The position numbers and the translations under genes are program-made. Shown here piece after piece: positions 34,121-45,900 of a stretch of 64,000 nucleotides of DNA. This DNA is from Phaeosaccion multiseriatum. Its lineage: Eukaryota > Protista > Ochrophyta, other classes. The notes beneath the pieces are model-generated. The model ran no database searches and was not told the origin of the DNA. It was given only the letters and a program-made list of their open reading frames with translations. Location of the stretch: contig OZ218964.1 of the NCBI GenBank assembly GCA_965112735.1, forward strand, positions 310,001 through 374,000. Direction: 5' to 3'. Each line of letters begins with the position of its first letter. The stretch's first letter is position 1.

Positions 34121-35622
34121 GCATCAGAGCATCAGAGGAGGGAGTGAGTGGGTGAGATGCGAGCTGCAGACAGAAACAACAAGATGCTGCAGTCCCACCA
34201 CAAAAGGCATTCAAAAACTCCTCTGACTCTCTCAATTCTATGTGCTGCCTACCCTACCCACCTGGGAACTCGGGGTCAAAGGGCTCATTGGCGGTATTGC
34301 GATAGGAGTAAACGGGATCCCTGTAGCTGGCGAGCCGATCCGAGGTACTGTACATGCTCTCGCAGGCAGTCTTCTCTGGCGAGGACGCGGCGTCGGTGGT
34401 GATGTAGTTCGAGAAGCCCGGGTGAGGGATGGTTCCCTCCATGCAGGGCCACCCAAAGTTGGCCTGCACAGTGGTGCTTCCCGCAGGGTTGGGAATGCGG
34501 TTGATCTCCTCACGTGCTTCGATACCGGACGAGCCCACATCACCTGATTGAAGAGGGCGGGTAGGAGGACGTTAATGTGAGTCTGAGCTCTCTAAACACT
34601 GCAGTGCAACCAGCAGTGAGAATAGCTACTCGAAGAAGGAGAAGGAAGAACAGGAAAGCAGCACAACACTTACCCACGAAGACGTCCCCCGTGCTGGGCT
34701 GCAGGGTCATCTTGAAGGGATTGCGCAGCCCCACTGCGATGATGAAGAAGTCAGTGCCCTCCACCATCTGAGTGCCGCCGTCCGCCACCAGGTACGCGGC
34801 GGTCACGCGAATCACCTTGCCGTTCAAGAAATCCATGCGCTGCGAGCGGAAGGCCCCCTGCGGGCGGTTGGGGGCGCCGTCGTCGACGTAGGTTGGGTCG
34901 TAGGGGAGGCCCACGTCGATGGACCCCAAGGCCTGCGAGCCCTCTCCTGAGGACACGACGAGGCTACCGTCGTTGAGGAACAGCACCGTGCCCATGTGGT
35001 GGGTCATGGAGGAGGCCCACCAGTCCCGCAGCAGAACCTTGTCGGGCACCGCGTCCTCGTACCCGGTAATGTCGCCGCTCGCGTTGGTGATGGGCTCCAG
35101 GATGAAGCGATGAAGTACACCTGGTGCGGGGCAGAATAAGCGCATGTCACCGCCCTGGCCGGAGGTGGTACACTGGTCATCGGGGTACGGCGCACCGTCC
35201 GGCTGTCCCGTGTAGAGGATGTAAATGTAATAGTTGCCAGCAGTGCCCCAGTTCGGATGGAAAGCGAAGCTGCTCATCCCCCTGTCATGCCAGGAGAAAG
35301 TCTCGTCCGTCCAGTCGAGCAGCCTGCGGTCCACCGTCGCCGCGTCGGCTCCTCGGCTGCGCACGTCCAGCTGACCGCGCTGGTTGAGGATGAATACGTG
35401 CGTCTCCGGTATGCCCGAGCCGTGAGGGCTGAAGGCTGTCTGTATGGTGTGGTCGGAGAGACCATCCTTGGGCCCAAACAGGAGCTCCAGCGCGGAGCTT
35501 TCCAACACCTCATTCCCGCCCCCATTCCCTCCATTGCCGCACAAGCCGCCCACCCCTCCAACCCCCTGGCAGCAGAGCACCAGTATCAGAGGCAGCCACG
35601 CGACGCGAGCCCTCCTCTTCAT
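30703..35622 (-). CDS. Type-I membrane protein: PQQ-dependent glucose/sorbosone dehydrogenase-like domain + PKD + FN3-like + Cys-rich module + Thr/Pro stalk + TM
   Basis: Signal peptide; DRGMSSFAFHPNW, THHMGTVLFLNDGSLVVSSGEG, LNGKVIRV, GLRNPFKM, GDVG..EEIN..NFGWPCMEG; PKD ITFDASSS..DPIVRYAFDFTGD..FDEPGLYIVSVTA; IRVSWGAVAGATHYIIY..VRVRGFN; (APTTAPPTAPPTE)n; TM ALIACAAAVGALVLVGLVSW. Seven exons, GT-AG. Confidence 0.85.
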
Positions 35623-35794
35623 ATTGTTTGTGCTCTGAGAGGGGGGAGAGGCATTCCGGACTTAGCGGATCCTTAGCGCCAAAAAGCCGCCAAATTGCAA
35701 TACACCTTCGCGTGTTGTGCTCCGGAGTCACATGGACGACGACGCATCCGAAATCCCCTCCACCCTTGCTGAAGTAGGCCCTCTCAAGTGTAAG

Positions 35795-37317
35795 ATGGGG
35801 AGAAGTGGGGGATGGATTTTGGCTTTTGCCTGCATTGCCTGCTCCCTCAGTCTCTGTTGTGCCTTCGTGGTCTCCCCGCCAAGTAGCTTGAGCAGCACAA
35901 GCAAAAGCAGTAGCAGTAGGAGAAGGCGAGGATTAGCATTGGCGGCGACTCAGGTAGACGAAAAAGAGAAGGTCAATTCACAGGAAGAAGCTAGAGCGGT
36001 ACTCGTTGGAGCGGCGCGGGAGCGAAATCAAGAACCCGATGCTGTTATGTCGGCGATGCGCTTCTTGGAGAGGGCGAACAAGAAGGGGAAGGTTGGAGGA
36101 GGTGAGTGTGTGAGAGAGAGAGGGGGGGGGGGGGGGAGGGAGGAGAGAAAGAGAGAGAGAGGAGAGAGGGGGATGAGAGAGAAGAAGAGAGAGAGGAGCC
36201 TGACAGAAAGAGAAATAGAGAAATAGCGCTGATGAGAGAGAAAGAGGGGGACGGGCACGGTATTGGAAGCAGTGAAAGCTAAACAATTAACATCTCTTTC
36301 TCATGCCCAGCCTCCTGTCTCTCTGTCCTCGTCACTGAGCAGACAAATTCAAAGATCTCACCACGAATGGGAACTGGCGGCTTGTGTTCACGACGGGCGA
36401 CAAGAAAACACAGAAGAAAGTGGGGGGCAGCATCAACTACGTCCCCATCAAGACTGTCCAGGTAGGTATGGGGCATGCTGAGGAAGGGAAGGGAGGGAGC
36501 GAAAGGCAGTGAATTAAGAGCGGGGCGGTGTGGCTCCTTGCATGTGTGTGTGTCTCGCCCCCCATCAATGTTCCCCTCTGTCTTGTGTCTGCGGTGTCCC
36601 GCGACAGGTGTTCAAGCCGGACTACACGATCACCAATGGGGTGTACATCTCATCCTTTCCCCTGATCAAGTTCGCAGGCTCATTTACGTGGTAAGCTGAA
36701 CGTTGGCGAGATGCCATACGTGTGCCCCTTTGTCGGTAAATTCTCGAGCCAATGCCGTGCTTATTTCATTCGCGCGTTTAGGGGATGGAGGGGGGTCAAG
36801 AGAGGGAGAGAGTGAGTAAGTATGTAAGAAAAGGGAGCCTCAGCAAACTCGTGACAGGCGGGAGGGGGGGAGGGGGGCTCGAAGAGGAGGGGCGAAGCTG
36901 CTGGCCGAGTTGCAACTCAACCTGTGCATACTCCAGCTTAGCGTACATGGAGTGTCTGAAGGCACACTACCCCCCCCCCACACACACGCTCGCGCACACA
37001 CACACACTTGGCAGGGACGACCCCAAGAGCAGGCTGGACTTTACCTTTGATCAGGTCAGTGCTTCGCGCGGCGAGGGAGAGGAAGAGTCGGAGGAAGGAA
37101 GGAAGGAAGGAAGGAAGGAAGGCAGGCAGGGGGGTAGCCCTCTGGAAAGATGCATGACATACACCCGCAGCCTCCACACCTCACATCATCCTGCCTGTCC
37201 GCGTCATGTGTCCATCGCCCGGACAGGTCTCTGTTCTCGGCATCAACTTGCCCTACAATCAGGGCGAAACCAAGGTGCGTGTTGCCCTTGTGTTCTTCCT
37301 GCTCTCTCTCTTCCTGC

Positions 37318-37349
<32 letters not shown>

Positions 37350-37508
37350 TCTCTGAACGCCCTCACCCAAGTAGTAACCCTCCACTCCTGCTGTCGCACC
37401 CCCCAGGTCCAACCAGGCTTCACATTCATGGACGTGACGTCGGACTACGTCATCGCGCGGGGGGCGGGGGGGGGGTTGGCCCTGTTCCTCAGGACAGACG
37501 AGATCTGA
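35795..37508 (+). CDS. Plastid lipid-associated protein/fibrillin-like, probably plastid-targeted
   Basis: Six exons; signal peptide ending SLCCA-FVV plus Ser/Arg-rich transit-like region; GNWRLVFTTG, ITNGVYI, LDFTFDQV and YVIARGAGGGLALF. Confidence 0.75.
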
Positions 37509-37795
37509 TCAGTTTTTCAACACACCTTTCTCCTCAACACTTTCCCCCTTCCTTGTTCTTTGTGCATTTAGAGCTATACATACAGTCTCCCTTTTGTAAT
37601 TTTAATGAACACTCGATTTGCGTAAGAATCGCCCAAATCGCCCCCAAATTGACAAACGACAAATGTATAAACAAGCGTACGTGACAAAATGACCACCGTG
37701 AAAAAAAAGGGCTCTAAACGTGCGTCCCCCCCCTTGCGGCCACACAAACCTCCATAATCCTTCTCCTTGGGCGCCTTGCACATTGCCACATAACC

Positions 37796-39225
37796 ATGAC
37801 GAGACTGAGGGCCCTGCTCACATCCATGCTCTTGGGGGCCGTGCTCTGCTCGGCCAACGCTTTGGAAGACGCCAGCCCCGGCGAAGCCGCAGCTGGGCTT
37901 GAAGTTCGAAGCCGGAGGCTTCAGGGTGAGGGCAAAGGCGGGCGAGAGGAGGGGCCCACAATGGGAGCCTTTGCGTGCGCGATAATGGAGCTCGACGCCT
38001 GACGTGCTGCTCCTCGCTCCTCGACCCCTTCGCTTCCTCTCCCCTTCTTGATGAACTCCCTGTGTACTTCATAGGCCGTGGCCGCACCCCCACGTTTGGC
38101 GAAGGAGACGAGCAGAACGAAGGTTAGGATAGAGAGCCGGCATTTGATCGCGCTGTGATGGATCTCCAAGCCTGACCTCCTTACCCGCCGACCCCTTCGC
38201 TTGGTGCCTCCGCCTGCCCGATTTACCCTGTCGCACATGTTAGTTCCAGACCCCCTTGATCCCAGCAGAGGTGGAGGACAGCGCACCCCCACCTTCGGCG
38301 AAGGAGATCGTAATCCCGGCGAGGGTGGTGGAGGGCGCATTCCCACTGAGGGTGGAGGACAGCGCACCCCCACCTTCGGCGAAGGAGATCGTAATCCCGG
38401 CGAGGGTGGTGGAGGGCGCACTCCCACTGAGGGTGAAGGACAGCGCCCCCCTACGGTGGGCGAAGGAGGACGCAATCCCGGCGAGGGTGGTGGAGGGCGC
38501 ATTCCCACTGAGGGTGGAGGACAGCGCACCCCCACCGTTGGCGAAGGAGATCGTAATCCCGGCGAGGGTGGTGGAGGGCGCATTCCCACTGAGGGTGAAG
38601 GGCAGCGCCCCCCCGCGTTCGGTGACGGAGACCCCAACGAGCGCAACGAAGGTGAGGACAGTGAGTCGGAAAAGCGGAGCCTACCGGGCCTTCGCTTGCA
38701 CGCACCGATGGATCTCGAAGCCGGACGCTGCTCCATTCTCTCCTAACCCTTCGCTGCTGCTTTGCCGCTTTGTGCACCCTTAGGCCCCGGCGATCCCAGC
38801 AGGGGCGAACAGCAGCGCCCCCCTACGGCGGGTGGTGGAGGAGGAGGAGGAGGAGGAGGAGGAGGAGACCGTGGTGGTGGTGGTGGTGGAGGAGGAGGAG
38901 GAGACCGCGGTGGAGGAGACCGTAATCCCAACAGGGGTGAAGGAGGGCGCCGGGGGGGGCAGCGTGGAGGAAACCGCAACGAAGGTGAGGGCAGTGAGTC
39001 GGTCGGGCATCGACCTTTCTCGTGGCGATGTCGAAGCACTATCCGGTGCTTTGCCTGCTCGCGCGCATCTCGACCCTTACTCTGCTCCTTCCCAACCGAC
39101 CCCTTCGCTTGCTTGCCTGCCTAGGCCGCGGTGGCGATGGAGGGCGTGGCGGCTGGGGGCCTTACGGGGGGGGTTACTACCAGTACAGTCGCCGTGACGG
39201 AGGAGGGCGGGGTGACTTATGGTGA
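37796..39225 (+). CDS. Secreted Gly/Arg/Glu/Pro-rich repeat protein with RRL pro-peptide motif
   Basis: Exons 37796-37925, 38075-38122, 38250-38651 (or 38660), 38784-38984 (or 38993), 39125-39225; all introns phase 1. Signal peptide MTRLRALLTSMLLGAVLCSANA, RSRRLQ, 27-aa repeats, C-terminus GGWGPYGGGYYQYSRRDGGGRGDLW*. Confidence 0.8.
38270..38625 (+). repeat. 81-bp (27-aa) coding tandem repeat, about 4.4 copies
   Basis: Unit GGGQRTPTFGEGDRNPGEGGGGRIPTE with variants. Confidence 0.9.
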
Positions 39226-39566
39226 TGTCGTAAGAAACTAACTGCAGTAGCTAGGGAAGGCAGTAGGGGGGGGAGGCAGTACGCACACGCGCGCACACAC
39301 ACACACAAGCGACGTGCGAGTTCCTTCAACCAGATTGACTCCTTGTTCACCCCCACCCCTTGGATGAGGTCAGAAAGCGACGCATCGATGGCTGTGGCCA
39401 GCTGAGGATGACTCATGAGCATCTCGCAGACACTTCCTCTTTTCTTCATATTATTTGAGACCTTGATTAATTAATTAATGAAATTACAACGTAATGTGCC
39501 ACAGAGCTGAGGGGGAGGGGGGCTCATCAAACAAAAAGGCTCCGGCACAAACGTAACTACAGCCCG

Positions 39567-40838
39567 TCACCGACGCCTGAGGACGACAAAGGCGAGCGCC
39601 GCCCCTGCTAGAACCACCACTGCAGCAGTAGGCACAGCCAGCCGCCATTCCCCCCCGTCCTCCCTCTCCTTAGCCTTGCCTGCTGCTGTTGCTGCCAGTT
39701 CTGCTGCTGCTTCTGCGCCTGCCTCTTCTACTCCTGTCGCTGCTGCCTCAGTTGCGGCTGCTTCATTTCCGTCCTCTCCGACTCCCTCCGACTGGTCAGA
39801 GACCTCTGTGACGGCATCCTGCTGCTCTTGCTCGGCCACTTTCTCCATACTGTCCACTCCCCCCAGGGCAGCGCCCAAGCCCCCGTCCTGGTGCTGCTCC
39901 TCTCCGGTAGCTTGTTCCTCCCGCGCAGTTGTTGCATCTGCCGCCACCGCCCTGCCAGCAGCGGCTGGGCCTCCCTCTTCGTTAGGTGGTGCATCCTCCG
40001 CTACGGAAGAAAACTGGGGCAACAAATTCTCGCCCCTTTCCGGAGCTTTCTCGGTGGGGAAAACATCCTCGAGGGCTGCCGTCACATCGGCATCTGCCTC
40101 CACCTCGGCCTCTGCAAGCTCTTCTCCCACTCCCGAGATCTCTGCAGCTGCAGCGGGGAGAGCTTCCTTCCCTGTGCCTAACTCTTCTCCCACCCGCATG
40201 AGATCTGCAGCCACTGCGACGAGCGCTTGCTCTTCTGCCTCCTCCTCCTCATCCTGCTTCGTCTTTGCCTCCCACCCTGCTTCTTGCTCTTCTTCTTGCA
40301 CCGAAGCCGGCACTGCTTCTGATGCTTCGGCGTCCATCGATGCTCTTCTCACGTCTTCGGCCGCCTCAGCAGACACCAGCAGCGAGGGCTTACGGCCGGC
40401 CTCAGTTATGGCAGCAGCTGCGACGGCGATTACGGACCCTGAGTCTCGCCGCCCGCCCGGACTCAGTGGCCCAAGTGATTCTCGCCGGCCAGGACTCAGT
40501 GGGCTCAGTAGGCTAACAGAGGAAGCCTCAGTCGTCACGTTGAGCTTGAGCTTGTTCTTGCTCTTGGCTGAGGGGGAGCGAGGTGATCCTTTCGGAGAAG
40601 GGGATGACGTGGTGGCGCTGTTACCTCCTCCTGCTGCTGCTCCTGCCCCTGCTACTCCTCCTATCCCTTCTCCTCCAATCCCTTCTCCTCCTCCTGCCCC
40701 TGCTTCTTCAGCTGGGGAAGCTGCTGCTCCTCCTCCTCCCCCTTTCCCCCTCCTTGATCTCTTCTTTTTCTTCGAGGAGCTCCCATTGGATGATACCTTA
40801 TACGCTACTGGTGCCACTGGTGTCCTTGGCGCCTCCAT
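39567..40838 (-). CDS. Intronless low-complexity acidic protein with C-terminal tail anchor
   Basis: 423-aa ORF; basic N-terminus (KKKKRSRR), Glu/Ala-rich body, C-terminal hydrophobic LAVPTAAVVVLAGAALAFVVL followed by RRR*. Confidence 0.7.
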   Translation of the reverse strand: MEAPRTPVAPVAYKVSSNGSSSKKKKRSRRGKGGGGGAAASPAEEAGAGGGEGIGGEGIGGVAGAGAAAGGGNSATTSSPSPKGSPRSPSAKSKNKLKLNVTTEASSVSLLSPLSPGRRESLGPLSPGGRRDSGSVIAVAAAAITEAGRKPSLLVSAEAAEDVRRASMDAEASEAVPASVQEEEQEAGWEAKTKQDEEEEAEEQALVAVAADLMRVGEELGTGKEALPAAAAEISGVGEELAEAEVEADADVTAALEDVFPTEKAPERGENLLPQFSSVAEDAPPNEEGGPAAAGRAVAADATTAREEQATGEEQHQDGGLGAALGGVDSMEKVAEQEQQDAVTEVSDQSEGVGEDGNEAAATEAAATGVEEAGAEAAAELAATAAGKAKEREDGGEWRLAVPTAAVVVLAGAALAFVVLRRR

Positions 40839-41004
40839 GGGCTAGTGCGGCAGCAGGCCTCTTGTCCACAGCAGGCTTGGCTTGGTTTGGTTTATAGCGG
40901 AAATGCCCCGCGAATTTTGGAACCACATCGTGCAGATGGCATTCCATGTCATTTTGATGCTTTCCTTTCGAAAGAGAAAAAAACACACCATTATAGCTTC
41001 AGCT

Positions 41005-42201
41005 ATGCCGTTCCTCACACCAGTTGCTGGAGCAGTCACCACTCTACTTCTTGCGCTTCCAGTCACGTGCTTCACAACAACTGGTTTGAGCGGCCTTGCT
41101 CTGGAGCCCAGCAGGCAGCTTCTCGAGCGGAACGGAGGAGTGGGAGTTCCCTACAACAGAGCGTCGGCAACGAGGCTCGGTGTGAGCTCCTCCTGGGGAT
41201 CGCAATCAGGACTCTATGACTTTGACGACGACAGCTTCAGCGACAACCTCAGCAAGCCGCAAGGCTCCGAAGATCTGCTGCTGAGGGTAAGTGGACTTTC
41301 CTAACGGTTTAGCTTGCCTCGTCTACAATGGTATGCTCAAGCACACACTACTGCGGTGTTTCCCGCGTTATCAGAGGAGCATGGTCTAGATTGAGACAGG
41401 ATGTGTGTGTTTGTGTGCATGTTTGGCTCCATATCCTGTGTCTCGCCCTTGCTGGTGCGGTCCCTTTTTGAATCCTCCCTTGTCCCGCATCAACTCACCA
41501 CTGCGTGCTTCCCCAGGTGGACTTTGTACAGGGAATGCGTGGGCAAGAGAAGCCCCTGCTTGTTTCGTGGGTGAAGCGCTTTCCCTTTGGCGTCGCTCTG
41601 CCGGTGCAGCCCTTCAGCCTGAACGTTCAGGAGGACGGTGTGGACCTGTTGTTTAGGAAGTGAGTACCTAGTTACGCTGAAAGAGAAAGAGAGAGAGAGG
41701 GCCGGAAGGGGGCGGGGGTGGAGGTAGCGCACAAGCGTATATGCCTGCGGGGTGACGTCAGGAAGGGTAATCGTCGAGTGGGGGCTGTTCGAGGTGGTTT
41801 GAGAGGGGGGCTCCCCCCCGGAGTGTGGCAGACGCTGCGTGCCGAGGCTCCATTGCTGTGCGAAGACACTCACCGCCTTTGCCCCACTACAATATGTACA
41901 CAGGAAACCTACCAACGGAAATAAGGGCAAAGACGGAGGTATCCGCTTCGGCATTGTCGAGTGGGAGAGCGAGTCTGCGGACGGGGCGAGAAAGGACAGG
42001 TGCTCGCTGGTGGCGAGGCGCATCAGCGAAGGCCAGGCCATCCGCAAGGTGATCGCGGAGAAGACAGTCGTGACTAAGATGCTGGAGCGCATCGAGAAGG
42101 AGCTGTATCTGTCTGGGGGGAGGATGAGGCTGCTGCCCCCCATGCTGGCTGTGTTCCATCCCTACATGGCGGAGGGGGAGGGCTCGTTCCTGGAGGCGTG
42201 A
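41005..42201 (+). CDS. Conserved-looking hypothetical protein, probably plastid-targeted
   Basis: Three exons (41005-41286, ~41517-41659, ~41904-42201) join in frame. Signal-like LLLALPVTC-FTT; WVKRFPFGVALPVQP, GVDLLFRKKPT..GKDGGIRF and RRISEGQAIRKVIAEK. Confidence 0.65.
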
Positions 42202-42999
42202 GGAGGAGTGAGGAGCGACTGCTACCCCGCTCTTCCCATGGGCGAGCACCGCTTCCATAAGTAGCACCTCTCTTCGCGTAGAGTAAGCAGCTGCAGTAGC
42301 GCCGCCCGTTGCGGAGGGAGGAGGGGGAGGCGGCGGCAGAGAGCGAGTTGCCCGCGGCAGGGAGCGTGTTGGCAAGAAGAGCCAGTGAAGGACGGGCTTG
42401 AGCATTGTGTGGGCGAGCATTGTAGACTGCGACCTGCTGGGATTGTTTCTTATTATTATTGTACGTAGCTGCTTTGAGGGGGAGGGGTGTGTACATATGT
42501 GTGCTTGTAGATAGGGCCCTCCTATGAGAAGAGGAGTTGCAAGGTACGTGGCTTCATGGCACAGTCCGTTTGGCAGCGTGTGTACATAGAGACTTGTGTA
42601 AATAGGACGCGAGAGGAGCGAGGTGAGGCTGATGGATCTTCAAGAGTCGGGGAGAGGGAGGAATGAGAAGGAGGGGTGAGGGGGACGAGAGGCGTAAAGG
42701 CGGTGCGCAGGAAACATCTCTTTCCCTGCGAAGGAGTAGAGGTGGACATTTCTGATGGGGAGAGACACGGAGAGTGTCCTCTCTCCATGCACGAGGCAGC
42801 GCAGGAGGCTCGTAAGGCTCGTATAAATGAGGCAAATGATGATGGAAGGACAATGCGGTTATAACATGCAGTAGGCGTAGGCTATTCGAAAGGCTCCCCT
42901 ACGACGGGTCCAACGGGGGGGAGTGAGTAGTAGCGTTGGCCCCCTCTGATGAGCAAATAGCAGCACACTGCACTTCTCCTCTAACTAGCTACTCTCCGG

Positions 43000-45900
43000 T
43001 CATGGGCACCCCCACCCGCGCTGCCGTAGCGCTCCTCCTCGACGGCTCTGCTCCTCTGCCCGTCCCACGCACGGGGCTCCACAGCCCGCCATGCCCTCCA
43101 TCGCCCCTTCCTCCTCCATCTCTCCCACCTCCCCTCCCCTCCTTGAACCACTGGCGGTGTTCGCGAGGGACTGATACAGCGCCCTTCCCTTGTTCAGCAG
43201 GCGAGCCTCTGCCTTGCTGAGGCGGGCGGGGTGGGCATGGGGGTGAGAGGAGTGTGCCTCACGGCCATGGCCACTTGGCGGCGGAAGCGAAGCGAGAGAG
43301 GACGGCGCTGGGCACGGAGCTCGTACTTCTTCTTCGGGACTTCCTTCTTCGGGTCCTACCTCCGTACGCCCGCCTCCTCCTCTTGTTCCTCCTCTTCCTC
43401 GCTGTTCTTTCTCTTGCTGCTCTCCGGGCCTTCTTGCTTCTGTCTCCTCTGCGGCCTCTTGTACTCGCTCTTCTTGTCTGGGCGCTCCTTCGTCTCTCTC
43501 CCCTAGTGCCTCTGTGCCACTCACTCCGCCACCCTCTCCCCCTTCTCCTCCTCCTCCTCCTCCTCCTCCTCCTCCTCCTCCTCCTCCTCCTCCTCCTCCT
43601 CCGGGATTTCTTTCTTCTCTCTCCCTTTCTGCGTCTGTGCAACTTACTCCTTCTCCCTCTCCTCTTCCTTCTCCTCCTCCATCGCCTCCGCCCCCTCCAC
43701 CTCCCCCGCTGCTTCCTTCCGCTTCGGCTCCTTCCAATGGCTCGCCCGCTCTCTCTCCCATTGCCCCGCGCATTGAGCTACAAGGCTCCTCCTCGCTGGT
43801 ATCTACCGCCGGTGACAGGTGATAGACACTGCCGTGTGCCACTCCGTCGTGCTTCGGCATGGCTTTATCGCCTCCTCGCGGAATCCCGACTTTACGTCCG
43901 ATTACCACCACGCGCTTCTCTTTCGTGGTGCTGTTGCTCTTCGTTTCCGGGCTCGTAACTTGTTTGCTCCTTTCCGGGCTCTTCCCTTTCCTGCTCCTTT
44001 CCGGACTCTTCACTTTCTGGTTTCTGGCAGTGGCGTTTGCAGCGGCAGCGGCAGCGGCAGCGGCAGCGGCAGCGGCACCCTGGTGCTTCGTCTGTGCGAT
44101 GTGCTGCTGGGCCAAGAAAGGCGTCGTCTCCCACGCATCTTCGATGTTCTTGTCAACTCGGAAAACGATGCTGCTCCTTCTCTCGCTGCTCTCTCCTCCT
44201 TGTCCACCCGGCGCCCCTGCAACGCTGCTTCTGATGCTCCCCTCCTGCTGCTGGGCGTGTTGCTCCTCCATCGTACCCACATGGCCGTCGCCATCGTCCC
44301 CGGTCGATTCCGCAGCAGTCACATCAGCAGTCGCAATAGCAGCAGACTCCTTGTCACCTTTCGGTCCACTTTCTGGCCCACTGGCCCGCGCTGCTTCTCC
44401 TTGCGAGCTTTCTTCCTCGCGAGCACCGCCCCCCTCGCCCTTGTCCTTGTCTTTGTCCTTGTCCTTGTCCTTGTCCTCGCCACCGCCACTTGTGCCTTCC
44501 TTCGCAGCGCCACCTGCGGCAGCGGCGTCTCCTCCGCCTTTCCTGTCCTTCTCTTCCTTCTCACCCTTGCTGCTGCTGCTGATGCTGCTGCTAATCCCGA
44601 TGCTGCTGCTGGCGATGCCCTCACTCTTCCCCTCCTCGCTGTCGTCTCCACTCTTCACCACGATACCTACTCCAATTCGAGCTTTGCTGCCCTTCATTGC
44701 CATTTGCTGCCTGCTGGGGATGAGCTCTGTGGTATGAGTCCCCCCCTCGCCACACACGCCCAAGCCGCTCTTGTCTGTACAGCCCCTTACACTCCCCCTC
44801 GTACTCGACCTCCGCCCTCCGCCACCGCTACTTGACCAGATGCGAGTGCTGCCTTCTCTTGCGCCGCCTGCTGCTGAGTTAGGGCCGTCCAAGGAAAGGA
44901 GCTTGAGGTCTTTCGAGCCGCTGCTGTGGGAGCGTTCGCGGGAGAAGGAGGCCCTGAGCGAAGTTCTCCCGCTCCCGCCCGACTCGACTCCCTCCTGCGG
45001 CGTAGCGGCCATCGTCGCAGCGGAACAATTTGTACCAGAGGGGAGGTGTGCAGAAGGCCGAGGGCAGCGATCATGATCGTGCTTGCCTGGCGGCTGGGGT
45101 ATCCGCCTCGTCTTCGAAGTCACGGTACTCTGCTGAGCCTCAGCCTCAGCCTCCGCGTGAGGAGGACGCTCGTCACGCGGTATCGATGCGGACCCGGACG
45201 CGGAGCCTGGTCCTGCCCCTGACCGTGACCACGACCCTGCTGTTGCTTCTTCATGCACCGCAGGTCCATCGCTCGTCCGCTTCGAGCCGCCTCGTGAAGC
45301 CCGCCGGGGCGCCGACCAAGCTCCAGGCCCAGACGAGGCCCTTCTTGAGTCTCCTCCTGCCGACCTGCCGCGCTCCACTACCATGCCCTCCTCCTGCTGC
45401 TGCTGCTGCTGCTGCTGCCGCTCTCTGCTCTCTACTCCCGTCCCACCCTCCTCGCCGTCTTCGCTGGGCCCGTGACCATCATCATCAGCCCACATGGCCA
45501 GAGCTCTGAGGCTCATCCTCGGCGCTTTGCTTGACGCCGCCTCGAGCTTGCGGAGATGACGAGAGCAAAGATCGAGAGGAGGAGCTGGAGCTATCGTCGG
45601 GGAGCGTTCAGTGGCGCTGAACCTTGCAATGGCATTGGCGGGGCCACGGCCTGCCCACCCTCGGGCCCGATGGTCGCCAGCAGTCTCGTCGGCCGTACTA
45701 CCAAACCCACCACTGCCGCTCTGCTCAGTGTGGCGTGTGGCGTTCAGTGGGCTTCGGTCGCTGCCCGTCAGGAAGAAGGATCTTCTCTCTTCGAGCGACG
45801 CTGCCCTGTGGGCCTGCACATGCCTCTCCGCTCGACAGTCGACTTGCCTTTGACGGGCGGTGTGAAGGGCGTGGTAGCGTCGCCAGCTGTATTCGGACAG

